DNA from: an uncultured virus (IMG/VR IMGVR_UViG_3300030376_002891) | Taxonomy: Duplodnaviria; Heunggongvirae; Uroviricota; Caudoviricetes | DNA length: 20,000 bases | Reading direction: 5' to 3' (one strand) | Virus record (IMG/VR): IMGVR_UViG_3300030376_002891 | Coordinates: 52,857-72,856 of that record | Shown here: positions 7,447 through 16,481 of the stretch, piece by piece | Position numbering within the stretch: position 1 is the stretch's first letter | Layout of the letters: each line of letters begins with the position of its first letter | Notes under the pieces: model-generated | Database searches by the model: none | Told to the model about the DNA's origin: nothing | The model's input: the letters and a program-made list of their open reading frames with translations, nothing else | Translations under genes and position numbers: made by a program

Positions 7447-8079
7447 ATGAAACGAGAAGATGTATTAGTAATAGACAATGTTTTACCAGAAGTTGTAAAT
7501 AATAGTTTCTGTCAAAACATTTATAGATTAGGTTATATTATATCAATGGATATATTGCCTAGTCAAACAGACAATAAAGGTATTATGAAAGACGATAATA
7601 CTTTTTCATCAATGCAAATGGTTCATAGAGTATACTTGCATAACGAACCAGCAAATATGCCAAAAAATCCTGCAATGGAACCAGTAAAACATTCTTTATC
7701 TGAAATGGTTGGTAAAGCAGGTCTGTTAACTAAAGACTTTGATAAAGTAGAATTGTTAAGAGCAAAATTTAATTTAATGTTTCCACATCCTGACTTTAAA
7801 GATGGTCAGTATAATATGGCACATATTGATGATGAACAAGAAGAGCATTTAGTTTGTATTTACTATCCTGAAGATACAGATGGTGATACAATATTGTTCA
7901 ATGAGTTTTTTAATAAAGATAAGAAACCAGAAAAACTAACTATTCATAAGAGGGTTACACCAAAAGCAAATCGTTGTGTAATATTTAATGGTTGGAGATT
8001 TCACGCAAGTAGTAATCCAGTTGCATATAATAAACGAATAGTTTTAAATACAAATTTTAGGATAACAAACAATGGGTAA
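7447..8079 (+). CDS. Putative 2OG-Fe(II)-dependent oxygenase
   Basis: N-terminal VIDNVLP, an HxD motif (AHIDD), GDTILF, PKANRCVIFNG, a distal His (FHASSNP) and a 2OG-binding Arg (KRIVLNTNF). GAGG SD upstream. Confidence 0.75.
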   Translation: MKREDVLVIDNVLPEVVNNSFCQNIYRLGYIISMDILPSQTDNKGIMKDDNTFSSMQMVHRVYLHNEPANMPKNPAMEPVKHSLSEMVGKAGLLTKDFDKVELLRAKFNLMFPHPDFKDGQYNMAHIDDEQEEHLVCIYYPEDTDGDTILFNEFFNKDKKPEKLTIHKRVTPKANRCVIFNGWRFHASSNPVAYNKRIVLNTNFRITNNG

Positions 8080-8560
8080 ACTAGAAGACAAAGTAAATGA
8101 TATTTTAGGTATCAAAGAAGAGAGTACTCCTGTATCAGATTTAATGATACAAGAGAAACAAGTACCTGTGCCTAGAAATGAAGACCCAAAGAAAGACGAT
8201 ATAGATAACGATTACAAATATAGTAGAGAGAACTATTATAATTTAATTGAAAGAGGACAAGACGCAATACAAGGCATTTTAGATGTTGCAAAAGAAGGGC
8301 AACACCCTAGAGCATACGAAGTCGCTGGTGCATTAATTAAAAATGTAGCCGACACCGTTGATAAATTACAAGACTTACAAAGTAAATTATCTAAACTAAA
8401 AGATGTACCAAATAAGACAACTAACAATATTAAAAATGCTTTGTTTGTAGGTTCTACAGCAGAATTACAAAAACATTTAAAAGATAAAAAGTTTGACGAA
8501 AACAATAGAGATACTAAAGACGACCCTTTCAAAGGTACTACTATTGAAGGCAAAGATTAA
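8072..8560 (+). CDS. gp16: Terminase small subunit gp16
   Basis: DYKYSRENYYNLIERG, HPRAYEVAGALIK and NALFVGSTAELQK; directly upstream of the large subunit. Confidence 0.9.
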   Translation: MGKLEDKVNDILGIKEESTPVSDLMIQEKQVPVPRNEDPKKDDIDNDYKYSRENYYNLIERGQDAIQGILDVAKEGQHPRAYEVAGALIKNVADTVDKLQDLQSKLSKLKDVPNKTTNNIKNALFVGSTAELQKHLKDKKFDENNRDTKDDPFKGTTIEGKD

Positions 8561-8562
8561 TT

Positions 8563-10194
8563 ATGAGTACAGACGCATATTTAGGCAACCCTAATCTAAA
8601 GAAAGTAAACACACCACAAGAGTTTACTGCTGAAGAGATTAGCGAATTTAAAAAATGTGAAAAGGATCCGTTATACTTTATGATGAAGTATGTACAGATT
8701 GTTTCACTTGACGAAGGTTTAGTGCCTTTTAATATGTACGACTTTCAAAAGAAGATTGTAGAAACTATACATAATAATAGATTTACAATTTGCAAACTAC
8801 CTAGACAATCAGGTAAATCAACAACAACGATTTCGTATCTATTACATTATGCGTTATTTAATCCTAATTGTAATATTGCAATTCTTGCCAACAAATCTTC
8901 AACTGCAAGAGATATATTAGGTAGACTACAACTTGCATATGAGAACTTACCAAAGTGGTTACAACAAGGCGTATTAAACTGGAACAAAGGTAATATAGAA
9001 TTAGAGAATGGAAGTAAAGTAGTAGCAGCCGCAACATCTTCAAGTGCTGTCCGAGGAGGTTCATATAACATTATCTTCCTTGACGAGTTTGCTTTCGTAC
9101 CTACAACTATTGCCGAACAATTTTTTAGTTCCGTTTATCCTACAATTACTTCTGGTAAATCAACTAAAGTAATTATTGTATCAACTCCACACGGAATGAA
9201 TCAATTCTATAAATTGTGGGTTGACGCTGAAAACGGACAAAATGATTATGTACCGATTGAAGTACACTGGTCAGAAGTACCAGGTAGAGACGCAAAGTGG
9301 AAAGAAGAGACAATAAGAAACACTAGTGAAAGTCAATTTGCTAGTGAGTTTGAGTGTGAATTTTTAGGTAGTATTGATACACTAATCAGTCCTGCTAAAA
9401 TCAAAGCGACACCGTATAAAACACCACTTAAAACAAATGGACGATTGAGTATCTTTGAAGAACCTGTAAAAGGCCATACTTACTTATGTACGGTTGATGT
9501 TGCCAGAGGTACACTAAAAGATTTCTCAGCATTTATTATATTTGATGTAACCGAATTACCATATAGAGTTGTTGCAACATTTAGAGACAATGAGATTAAA
9601 CCTATATTGTTTCCTGAAATGATTGCGAAAGTCTGTACACAATATAACAAAGCACACATACTTGTTGAAGTTAACGATATTGGTGCTCAGATTTCAGATG
9701 GTTTACATTTTGAAATAGAGTATGACAATATATTAATGACTACACAAAAAGGTAGAGCAGGTCAAATACTAGGTGCTATGTTTAGTCAAAGAGGTTCACA
9801 ATTAGGTGTTCGTATGACTAAACAAATTAAGAAGATGGGAACTGCAAACATTAAAGCGATTATAGAGAGTGATAAACTCGTTATCAATGACTTTAATATT
9901 GTAGGTGAAATGTCTACTTACACAAGAAAAAATCAATCTTGGCAAGCAGAAGAAGGCTGTAATGACGACTATATGACTTGTTTAGTTATATTAGGTTGGG
10001 TTGCAAACCAAAGATATTTCAAAGAAATGACTGATAGAAATATCAGAGCAGAAATGTACAAAGAGCAAGAGAAGTTAATTGAGCAAGATATGGCACCATT
10101 TGGGTTCGTAGATGATGGTACTCCTGAAGAAGAAAAACCGTTTTCAGACGAATATGGTCAGGTCTGGCATCCCGTGGTACGCAAAGGAAGTTAA
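8563..10194 (+). CDS. gp17: Terminase large subunit gp17
   Basis: YLGNPNLK, Walker A PRQSGKST, Walker B IIFLDEFAF, STPHGMN, nuclease motifs VDVARG and NDDYMTCL; uninterrupted. Confidence 0.96.
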   Translation: MSTDAYLGNPNLKKVNTPQEFTAEEISEFKKCEKDPLYFMMKYVQIVSLDEGLVPFNMYDFQKKIVETIHNNRFTICKLPRQSGKSTTTISYLLHYALFNPNCNIAILANKSSTARDILGRLQLAYENLPKWLQQGVLNWNKGNIELENGSKVVAAATSSSAVRGGSYNIIFLDEFAFVPTTIAEQFFSSVYPTITSGKSTKVIIVSTPHGMNQFYKLWVDAENGQNDYVPIEVHWSEVPGRDAKWKEETIRNTSESQFASEFECEFLGSIDTLISPAKIKATPYKTPLKTNGRLSIFEEPVKGHTYLCTVDVARGTLKDFSAFIIFDVTELPYRVVATFRDNEIKPILFPEMIAKVCTQYNKAHILVEVNDIGAQISDGLHFEIEYDNILMTTQKGRAGQILGAMFSQRGSQLGVRMTKQIKKMGTANIKAIIESDKLVINDFNIVGEMSTYTRKNQSWQAEEGCNDDYMTCLVILGWVANQRYFKEMTDRNIRAEMYKEQEKLIEQDMAPFGFVDDGTPEEEKPFSDEYGQVWHPVVRKGS

Positions 10195-10210
10195 TGAAGA
10201 TCCCCTATTT

Positions 10211-10218
10211 CATAAATA
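10211..10218 (+). promoter_or_regulatory. Probable late promoter variant (CATAAATA) upstream of gp18
   Basis: One mismatch to TATAAATA, in the gp17-gp18 intergenic region. Confidence 0.5.
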
Positions 10219-10284
10219 TAAACGATTGAGAAATTTGAATATGGGCGTATGAATAATACGAATTTTGAACAAAGGTAAACATTA

Positions 10285-10304
10285 TGTATTTTTATAAAAA
10301 TACA
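10285..10304. repeat. Perfect 20-bp palindrome in the gp18 leader
   Basis: TGTATTTTTATAAAAATACA is its own reverse complement and ends 12 nt before the GAGGAG SD (10317-10322). Confidence 0.7.
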
Positions 10305-10330
10305 AACAATAAAATAGAGGAGAAAACCTA

Positions 10331-12265
10331 ATGGCATTTCAAGTATCACCAGGTGTTCTCGTACAAGAAAAGGATTTAACTAACATAATTCCTGCTGTTT
10401 CTACTAGTATCGGAGCATATGCTTTCAATTCTAGCAGAGGTCCAGTTGGAGAGGTAACGCTTATCTCTTCTGAACAAGAACTTGTTAGTATCTTTGGAAA
10501 ACCAACTGCAAGCAACTTTGAAGAGTATTTTACTGCTTCATCTTTCCTTCAGTATTCCAATGCTCTGAAAGTTGTACGAACAGAAAACTCTGGAATTTTA
10601 AACGCTGTAACCAACGGTGGTTCAGCAGTATTGGTCAAAAATACTGACCAGTATAACTCAACATACTTAGCAGATGGTTCATACACTGGTTTATCCGGTA
10701 GAGAGTTTGTCGCTAGATTTGCAGGTGCATATGGAAACGGTTTAGAAGTTTCTGTTTGTCCTTCATTACAAGCCTATGAAGAAGCGGTGGTAACAACCGT
10801 TAATGATAGTGCTGTATCTATCGGCGATACAACTATAACAATGACAAGTGGAACTAACATTAATGTTGGTGACATTTTAAGCTTTTCAACAACAGCAGCA
10901 ACTTCAGATTATGATGACGGAATAGAGTACGAGGTAACAGCCGTATCTACTAATGATGTTACCATAAAGAAAAAAGTTGGTACTGGAGGTTTAACTAGAG
11001 TTATCGTAGATGGCGCTAATGTTAGACGAAGATGGAAATATTACGACCAAGTAAGTGGTGCACCTGGAACATCTCCAGATGTAGCAGCTGCTGGTGGTAG
11101 TGATGACGAATTGCACATTGTAGTAGTAGATTCTGACGGAACAATTAGTGGAACTAAAGGTGAAGTTTTAGAAGTATACGAAAAAGTATCAAAAGCAAAA
11201 GACGCCAAAGACGCAGGTGGTTCAAATAATTTCTATCCAGAAGTTATTTACAGAAAATCATCTTTCATCTATTGGGGTGATATGAACAATAACGGAACTA
11301 ATTGGGGTGACCCAAAAGCAAATAAAGCTTTCACTTCTGTTTCTGGTCCTATCGCATTATCATTTACAGGTGGTGCTGACGGAACGGTAACTGACGGTGT
11401 AAGAAAAACTGCATTTGAATTATTCCAAGATTCAGAATCCGTTGATGTTGGTTTGATTATGGCAGGTAATGCTAGTGCAAACTTAATCGGTGATTTAATT
11501 ACAATCGCTGAAACAAGAAAAGATTGTGTAGTATTTGCTAGTCCACAAAGAAGTGATGTAGTTAATATTGCTTCTGCGATTACTCAAACTAATAATGTGC
11601 TTGGATTCTTTAATGCAATCCAATCATCTAGTTATGTTATCTTTGATAGTGGTTACAAATATATGTACGACAGATACAATGATGTCTACAGATATGTACC
11701 ATTAAATGGTGATATGGCTGGCTTGGCTGCAAGAACTGATTTAACTAATGACGCTTGGTTTAGTCCTGCTGGATTAAATAGAGGTATTATTAGAGGAGCA
11801 GTTAAACTTGCTTATAATCCTAATCAAACACAAAGAGACGAATTGTACAGAGCGAGAGTAAACCCAGTTGTTTCTTTCCCTGGACAAGGAATTATCTTGT
11901 TTGGTGATAAGACAGGATTATCAACACCAAGTGCATTTGATAGAATCAATGTAAGAAGATTGTTTATCGTTTTAGAAAAGGCGATTGCTACAGCTTCTAA
12001 ATTCCAACTCTTTGAATTCAATGATGAGTTTACAAGAGCGAACTTTAGAAACCTAGTAGAACCTTTTTTAAGAGAAGTACAAGGTAGACGAGGTATCACA
12101 GACTTTTTAGTAGTGTGTGATGAAACTAACAACACAGGCGAAGTAATTGATAGAAACGAATTTATTGCTGAAATCTATATCAAACCAGCAAGAAGTATCA
12201 ACTTTATCACATTATCTTTCGTTGCAACAAGAACTGGCGTGGCTTTTGAAGAAGTCGCAGGTTAA
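10331..12265 (+). CDS. gp18: Contractile tail sheath protein gp18
   Basis: SPGVLVQEKDLT, YKYMYDRYND, WFSPAGLNRG, FDRINVRRLF, FEFNDEFTR and IKPARSINFITLSF. Confidence 0.96.
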   Translation: MAFQVSPGVLVQEKDLTNIIPAVSTSIGAYAFNSSRGPVGEVTLISSEQELVSIFGKPTASNFEEYFTASSFLQYSNALKVVRTENSGILNAVTNGGSAVLVKNTDQYNSTYLADGSYTGLSGREFVARFAGAYGNGLEVSVCPSLQAYEEAVVTTVNDSAVSIGDTTITMTSGTNINVGDILSFSTTAATSDYDDGIEYEVTAVSTNDVTIKKKVGTGGLTRVIVDGANVRRRWKYYDQVSGAPGTSPDVAAAGGSDDELHIVVVDSDGTISGTKGEVLEVYEKVSKAKDAKDAGGSNNFYPEVIYRKSSFIYWGDMNNNGTNWGDPKANKAFTSVSGPIALSFTGGADGTVTDGVRKTAFELFQDSESVDVGLIMAGNASANLIGDLITIAETRKDCVVFASPQRSDVVNIASAITQTNNVLGFFNAIQSSSYVIFDSGYKYMYDRYNDVYRYVPLNGDMAGLAARTDLTNDAWFSPAGLNRGIIRGAVKLAYNPNQTQRDELYRARVNPVVSFPGQGIILFGDKTGLSTPSAFDRINVRRLFIVLEKAIATASKFQLFEFNDEFTRANFRNLVEPFLREVQGRRGITDFLVVCDETNNTGEVIDRNEFIAEIYIKPARSINFITLSFVATRTGVAFEEVAG

Positions 12266-12284
12266 GGAAGAGGAGAAATAAAAA

Positions 12285-12812
12285 ATGGCAAACATTAATG
12301 ACTTCAAAACTAAACTTGCTGGCGGCGGCGCTAGAGCGAACCAATTTAAGGTTACTATGCCTTTTCCTGGTTATGCACAAGTTGGTGGAGAAACAGAAGA
12401 GTTAGCATTCTTATGTAATGCTACATCTATTCCTGCAATGAGTATTGGAACTACAACGGTTAACTTCCGTGGTAGACCAGTGTATCTAGCAGCTGATAGA
12501 AATTTTGAACCTTGGAATATTACGGTACTTAACGATACTAACTTCAAATTAAGAGACGCTTTTGAAAGATGGCAAAATGGTATCAATAATATGTCTGATA
12601 ACGAAGGATTAGTTAATCCAGTAGATTATCAAGTAGACGCATTTATTGACCACCTTGACAGAAATGGCTCTACTATTAAATCATACACATTAAGAGGTTG
12701 TTTTCCAACTTCTATCGGTGCTATTGATTTGAATATGGAACCAACAGAAGCAGTTGAAACTTTTGAAGTATCGTTTAGATACTTATTCTTTGAAGCAAGA
12801 ACGACTACTTAA
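12285..12812 (+). CDS. gp19: Tail tube protein gp19
   Basis: GGGARANQFKV, FRGRPVYLAADRNFEPWNITVLND and YTLRGCFPTSIGAIDL; follows the sheath gene. Confidence 0.93.
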   Translation: MANINDFKTKLAGGGARANQFKVTMPFPGYAQVGGETEELAFLCNATSIPAMSIGTTTVNFRGRPVYLAADRNFEPWNITVLNDTNFKLRDAFERWQNGINNMSDNEGLVNPVDYQVDAFIDHLDRNGSTIKSYTLRGCFPTSIGAIDLNMEPTEAVETFEVSFRYLFFEARTTT

Positions 12813-12818
12813 TAGTTG

Positions 12819-12826
12819 AATAAATA
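12819..12826 (+). promoter_or_regulatory. Possible late promoter variant (AATAAATA) upstream of gp20
   Basis: One mismatch to TATAAATA in the gp19-gp20 gap; the AT-rich context weakens the call. Confidence 0.4.
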
Positions 12827-12859
12827 TATAATAAAAAGTAAAATTGTGAGGAAATTATA

Positions 12860-14383
12860 ATGGCGGAACTTTTCGGTTTTCAAATTACTAGAGTTAAAGA
12901 TACTCCAGACCCGAAGCAAAGTTTTACTCAACCGAAGGCAGATGACGGTACACAAACCGTCGCTGCCGGCGGTTATTTCGGTCAGTACCTTGATATGGAA
13001 GGTAATGCGAAAACTGAGCAAGACTTAATCAGAAGGTATAGAGAGATTTCAATCCATCCTGAATGTGATATGGCTGTTGAAGATATTGTCAACGAGGCTA
13101 TTGTCGCAAACGAGATTGATAAAGATCCGGTGCGAGTAGATTTATCTGACACAGACTTTAGCGATAAAGTCAAGCGTAAGGTAGAAGACGAGTTTAAAGA
13201 AATACTAAGGTTAATGAATTTTAGTACTAAAGGACACGACATATTCAGAAGATGGTATGTTGATGGAAGAATTTACTATCATAAAATTATTGATAGAGAA
13301 TCACCTGTAAAAGGTATAACAGAATTAAGATATATTGATCCTCGTAAAATTAAAAAAATACGAGAGATTAAAAAAGGTCGTCCAGTTGCTATGGCAAACA
13401 TACAAGTGATACACGACTATAACGAATATTTTTTATATAATGAAAAAGGTGTTGCAGGACCTGGTATGGCTGCTGGTGGTATTAAGATTGCCACAGACGC
13501 TATCTCATTTTGTCCAAGTGGATTAGTAGACTTGAACAAAAATATGGTTATGGGTTATATGCACAAGGCAATTAAACCAGTTAATCAATTAAGAATGATT
13601 GAAGACGCTGTTGTTATTTACAGAATTGCAAGAGCACCTGAAAGAAGAATATTTAAAATTGATGTAGGTAATTTACCTAAAGTAAAAGCAGAGCAATATC
13701 TCCGTGATGTAATGGCAAGATACAGAAATAAACTTGTCTATGACGCAAGTACAGGAGAGATTAGAGACGACAGAAATTATATGTCTATGCTTGAAGACTT
13801 TTGGTTACCAAGTAGAGAAGGTGGTAGAGGTACAGATATTTCTACATTACCTGGTGGACAAAATCTTGGTGAAGTAGCAGATATTGAATACTTCCAAAAG
13901 AAACTCTACAGAAGTTTAAATGTACCAGTAAGTAGATTAGAAGGAAGTCAAGGTTTCAATCTAGGTAGAACAACTGAAATCACAAGAGACGAACTTAAAT
14001 TTACAAAATTTGTACATAGATTAAGAAAGAAGTTTACAGATTTATTTAATGACTTGCTAAGAACTCAATTAGTTTTAAAAGCAGTTATAAATGAAGAAGA
14101 TTGGCAATCTATTGCTCAAAAAATCAAATATGATTTTATAGCAGATGGTCATTTCTCGGAACTAAAAGACGCTGAACTATTAAGAGAAAGAATAGCATTA
14201 GCGAATGATGTTAGAGATTATGTTGGTAAATATTTTAGTGTTAACTTTGTTAGACGAAATATTTTAAAACAATCTGAAAGAGAAATTGTTATGATTGACA
14301 ATGAAATTAAGAAAGAAATTGATGATGGTATTATCGCAGCTCCACAAACAAATGTCGGTGCTGATGATGACGGCATTATGTAA
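12860..14383 (+). CDS. gp20: Portal protein gp20
   Basis: MAELFGF, FRRWYVDGRI, LRMIEDAVVIYRIARAPERR, EDFWLPSREGGRGTDISTLPGGQNLG and ITRDELKFTKF. Confidence 0.96.
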   Translation: MAELFGFQITRVKDTPDPKQSFTQPKADDGTQTVAAGGYFGQYLDMEGNAKTEQDLIRRYREISIHPECDMAVEDIVNEAIVANEIDKDPVRVDLSDTDFSDKVKRKVEDEFKEILRLMNFSTKGHDIFRRWYVDGRIYYHKIIDRESPVKGITELRYIDPRKIKKIREIKKGRPVAMANIQVIHDYNEYFLYNEKGVAGPGMAAGGIKIATDAISFCPSGLVDLNKNMVMGYMHKAIKPVNQLRMIEDAVVIYRIARAPERRIFKIDVGNLPKVKAEQYLRDVMARYRNKLVYDASTGEIRDDRNYMSMLEDFWLPSREGGRGTDISTLPGGQNLGEVADIEYFQKKLYRSLNVPVSRLEGSQGFNLGRTTEITRDELKFTKFVHRLRKKFTDLFNDLLRTQLVLKAVINEEDWQSIAQKIKYDFIADGHFSELKDAELLRERIALANDVRDYVGKYFSVNFVRRNILKQSEREIVMIDNEIKKEIDDGIIAAPQTNVGADDDGIM

Positions 14384-14403
14384 TAGTATATAGGAGATAA
14401 AAA

Positions 14404-14742
14404 ATGGCAGACAATGATAAACCTAATTATGTAGATACTTTTGTATCGCAATTGCAAAAAGGTAATAACACGGAAGCAGGAGACGCTTTCAAAGACGCAT
14501 TAAGAGATAAAGTTGGAGACGCATTAGACACAAGTAGAAAAGAATATGCTTCTTCATTATTTCAAAGTGCAGCTGATGTTATGACTGGCACAACTACTCC
14601 AGTAGCAGATACGACAGACGCTGCTGAAGGACATAGTGATAGTAAACCTGAAGTTGCGGATGCTTTACAACCAAGTGCTACACAAGACGAAGTACAACAA
14701 GCATTTAATCAGGACACAGCACCTGATAACACAGGAGAGTAA
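14404..14742 (+). CDS. Acidic protein, possibly gp67-like prohead core protein
   Basis: AGGAG SD; located directly after the portal gene. Helical N-terminus (AGDAFKDALRDKVGDALD) and an acidic low-complexity tail. The call rests mainly on position. Confidence 0.5.
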   Translation: MADNDKPNYVDTFVSQLQKGNNTEAGDAFKDALRDKVGDALDTSRKEYASSLFQSAADVMTGTTTPVADTTDAAEGHSDSKPEVADALQPSATQDEVQQAFNQDTAPDNTGE

Positions 14743-14744
14743 AA

Positions 14745-14981
14745 ATGGCATTAACGGTATCAAGTATTGTAGGTAATACATCTGGATTCATTAAGAACGA
14801 TAGATACAATTCTCTATCGCCTGCAATGAAAACAGCGGTAGAATCTTTAGTCGCAGGACTAGACGCAATAGACTGGTCGCAACCACAAGATTTAGTAAAC
14901 ATAATTGAAACTAAAATTAGTGAAGTTGCAGCTGGTGACAGCGATGTAGAAACTGCTTTGACAACTTATTTTTCGGAGTAA
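14745..14981 (+). CDS. Hypothetical protein (78 aa) in the head module
   Basis: AGGAG SD; tightly packed between its neighbours; no recognised motif. Confidence 0.65.
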   Translation: MALTVSSIVGNTSGFIKNDRYNSLSPAMKTAVESLVAGLDAIDWSQPQDLVNIIETKISEVAAGDSDVETALTTYFSE

Positions 14982-14984
14982 TTT

Positions 14985-15326
14985 ATGGCATTAAGTATCT
15001 CAACAAAAGTTGACGATACCACAAAGGCTATAATTAACGCTAGTGGTGCGGACAACGAAAGCGGAACTTTATATTCTGCTGGGCAAAATGTATCGCTGGC
15101 AAATGTATATTATGAAATTAGAGGAACAGGCACAGCGACTCTTAAACTCGGAGACCATTCTTTAAGTTTAACTGGGTTTGGTAATTGGGGTTTAAAAGAA
15201 GGCGAACCTCGTAAAGTAATTGAACAAGATTTAAACTCTTCAACTACTTTAGAAATTACTACAGACGCTAATGTGTCAAAATTTAATATGGCTGTAGAAG
15301 TACAGAAAGAGACGGAGACAAAATAA
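14985..15326 (+). CDS. Hypothetical beta-rich protein, probable paralog of the next ORF
   Basis: GGAG SD; shares sequence blocks with 15328..15723. Confidence 0.65.
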   Translation: MALSISTKVDDTTKAIINASGADNESGTLYSAGQNVSLANVYYEIRGTGTATLKLGDHSLSLTGFGNWGLKEGEPRKVIEQDLNSSTTLEITTDANVSKFNMAVEVQKETETK

Positions 15327-15327
15327 A

Positions 15328-15723
15328 ATGGCAGATTTGGTTACACAACAAATTATATCAGATACGGCAGGAGTTAAGTATGTTGTAAAACAAACTAACT
15401 ATTCAGACGGCACAGGTGAAACAAACACCGTGATTGCTAATCCTACTACTTCTAATTTTATGACAGCAGATGGAACAAAAGAGATTGCGAAAGTGTGGTA
15501 TTCTATTAATACTGCAAACCGAAAATCAGCAGTAGAGATTGCTTGGGGAGGCGCTACTGAAAATACAACTGCATTGTTATTGTCTGGACAAGGGTATTTA
15601 GACTTTAGAACTGCAGGAAATGATATTACTAATAATGCAACAACACCTAATGGATATGTCTATTTGACAACAAAAGACTTTGCTTTAAACGATAATTACA
15701 CGATTGTTGTTGAATTTAGATAA
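15328..15723 (+). CDS. Hypothetical beta-rich protein, possibly a virion component
   Basis: GGAG SD; T/N/G-rich; directly upstream of the prohead protease. Confidence 0.7.
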   Translation: MADLVTQQIISDTAGVKYVVKQTNYSDGTGETNTVIANPTTSNFMTADGTKEIAKVWYSINTANRKSAVEIAWGGATENTTALLLSGQGYLDFRTAGNDITNNATTPNGYVYLTTKDFALNDNYTIVVEFR

Positions 15724-15730
15724 AAAATAT

Positions 15731-15738
15731 TATAAATA
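15731..15738 (+). promoter_or_regulatory. T4-type late promoter upstream of gp21
   Basis: Exact intergenic TATAAATA. Confidence 0.8.
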
Positions 15739-15763
15739 TTAGGAAAGAGAGAGATAAACAACT

Positions 15764-16411
15764 ATGAAACTTATTACAGAAACTCTGGAAAATGTAGAGT
15801 ACATTACAGAAGAAACTAATGGCAAAACGAATTATAAGATTCGTGGTGTATTTCTACAATCTGAAATCAAAAACAGAAATGGAAGAGTTTATCCTAAAGA
15901 TACATTAACACAAGAAGTTAATAGATACAATAGAGAATTTGTGGAACAGAAAAGAGCGTTTGGTGAATTAGGACATCCTGATGGACCAACGGTCAACTTG
16001 GAGAGAGTTAGTCATATGATTACAAAACTCTATCCAGATGGCAACAACTTTATCGGTGAAGCAAAAGTAATGGACACACCCTACGGAAAGATTGTAAAAA
16101 ATCTTATAGATGAAGGCGCTAAATTAGGCGTTTCTTCTCGTGGTATGGGTTCATTAGAGAGAAGTAGAAGTGGTGAAGCTAGGGTCGGAAACGACTTCTA
16201 TCTTGCTACTGCTGCCGACATTGTGGCGGATCCAAGTGCTCCTGACGCTTTCGTAGAAGGAATTATGGAAGGTAAAGAGTGGATTTGGGACAATGGTGTG
16301 ATTAAAGAAAAAGATATAGAAGAATATAAGCAATACATTAAGGAAGCAAAAAGACTAAAAATCGCTGAAGCGAAAGCTGAGGTATTTAGTAAGTTCCTTA
16401 AAGGATTGTAA
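15764..16411 (+). CDS. gp21: Prohead protease gp21
   Basis: MKLITE, KNRNGRVYP, GELGHPDGP (His), LGVSSRGMGS (Ser) and DIVADPSAPDAFV. Confidence 0.96.
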   Translation: MKLITETLENVEYITEETNGKTNYKIRGVFLQSEIKNRNGRVYPKDTLTQEVNRYNREFVEQKRAFGELGHPDGPTVNLERVSHMITKLYPDGNNFIGEAKVMDTPYGKIVKNLIDEGAKLGVSSRGMGSLERSRSGEARVGNDFYLATAADIVADPSAPDAFVEGIMEGKEWIWDNGVIKEKDIEEYKQYIKEAKRLKIAEAKAEVFSKFLKGL

Positions 16412-16414
16412 TAT

Positions 16415-16422
16415 TATAAATA
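16415..16422 (+). promoter_or_regulatory. T4-type late promoter upstream of gp22
   Basis: Exact intergenic TATAAATA. Confidence 0.8.
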
Positions 16423-16481
16423 TCTTATAACAAAACAAGAAAATAATTATTTTTTTTAAAAGAAATAAGGAGAACTTCAAT

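Noticed and set aside
16440..16453. Palindrome AAAATAATTATTTT in the gp22 leader
   Set aside because: It is purely A/T within an AT-rich gap and likely to arise by chance.
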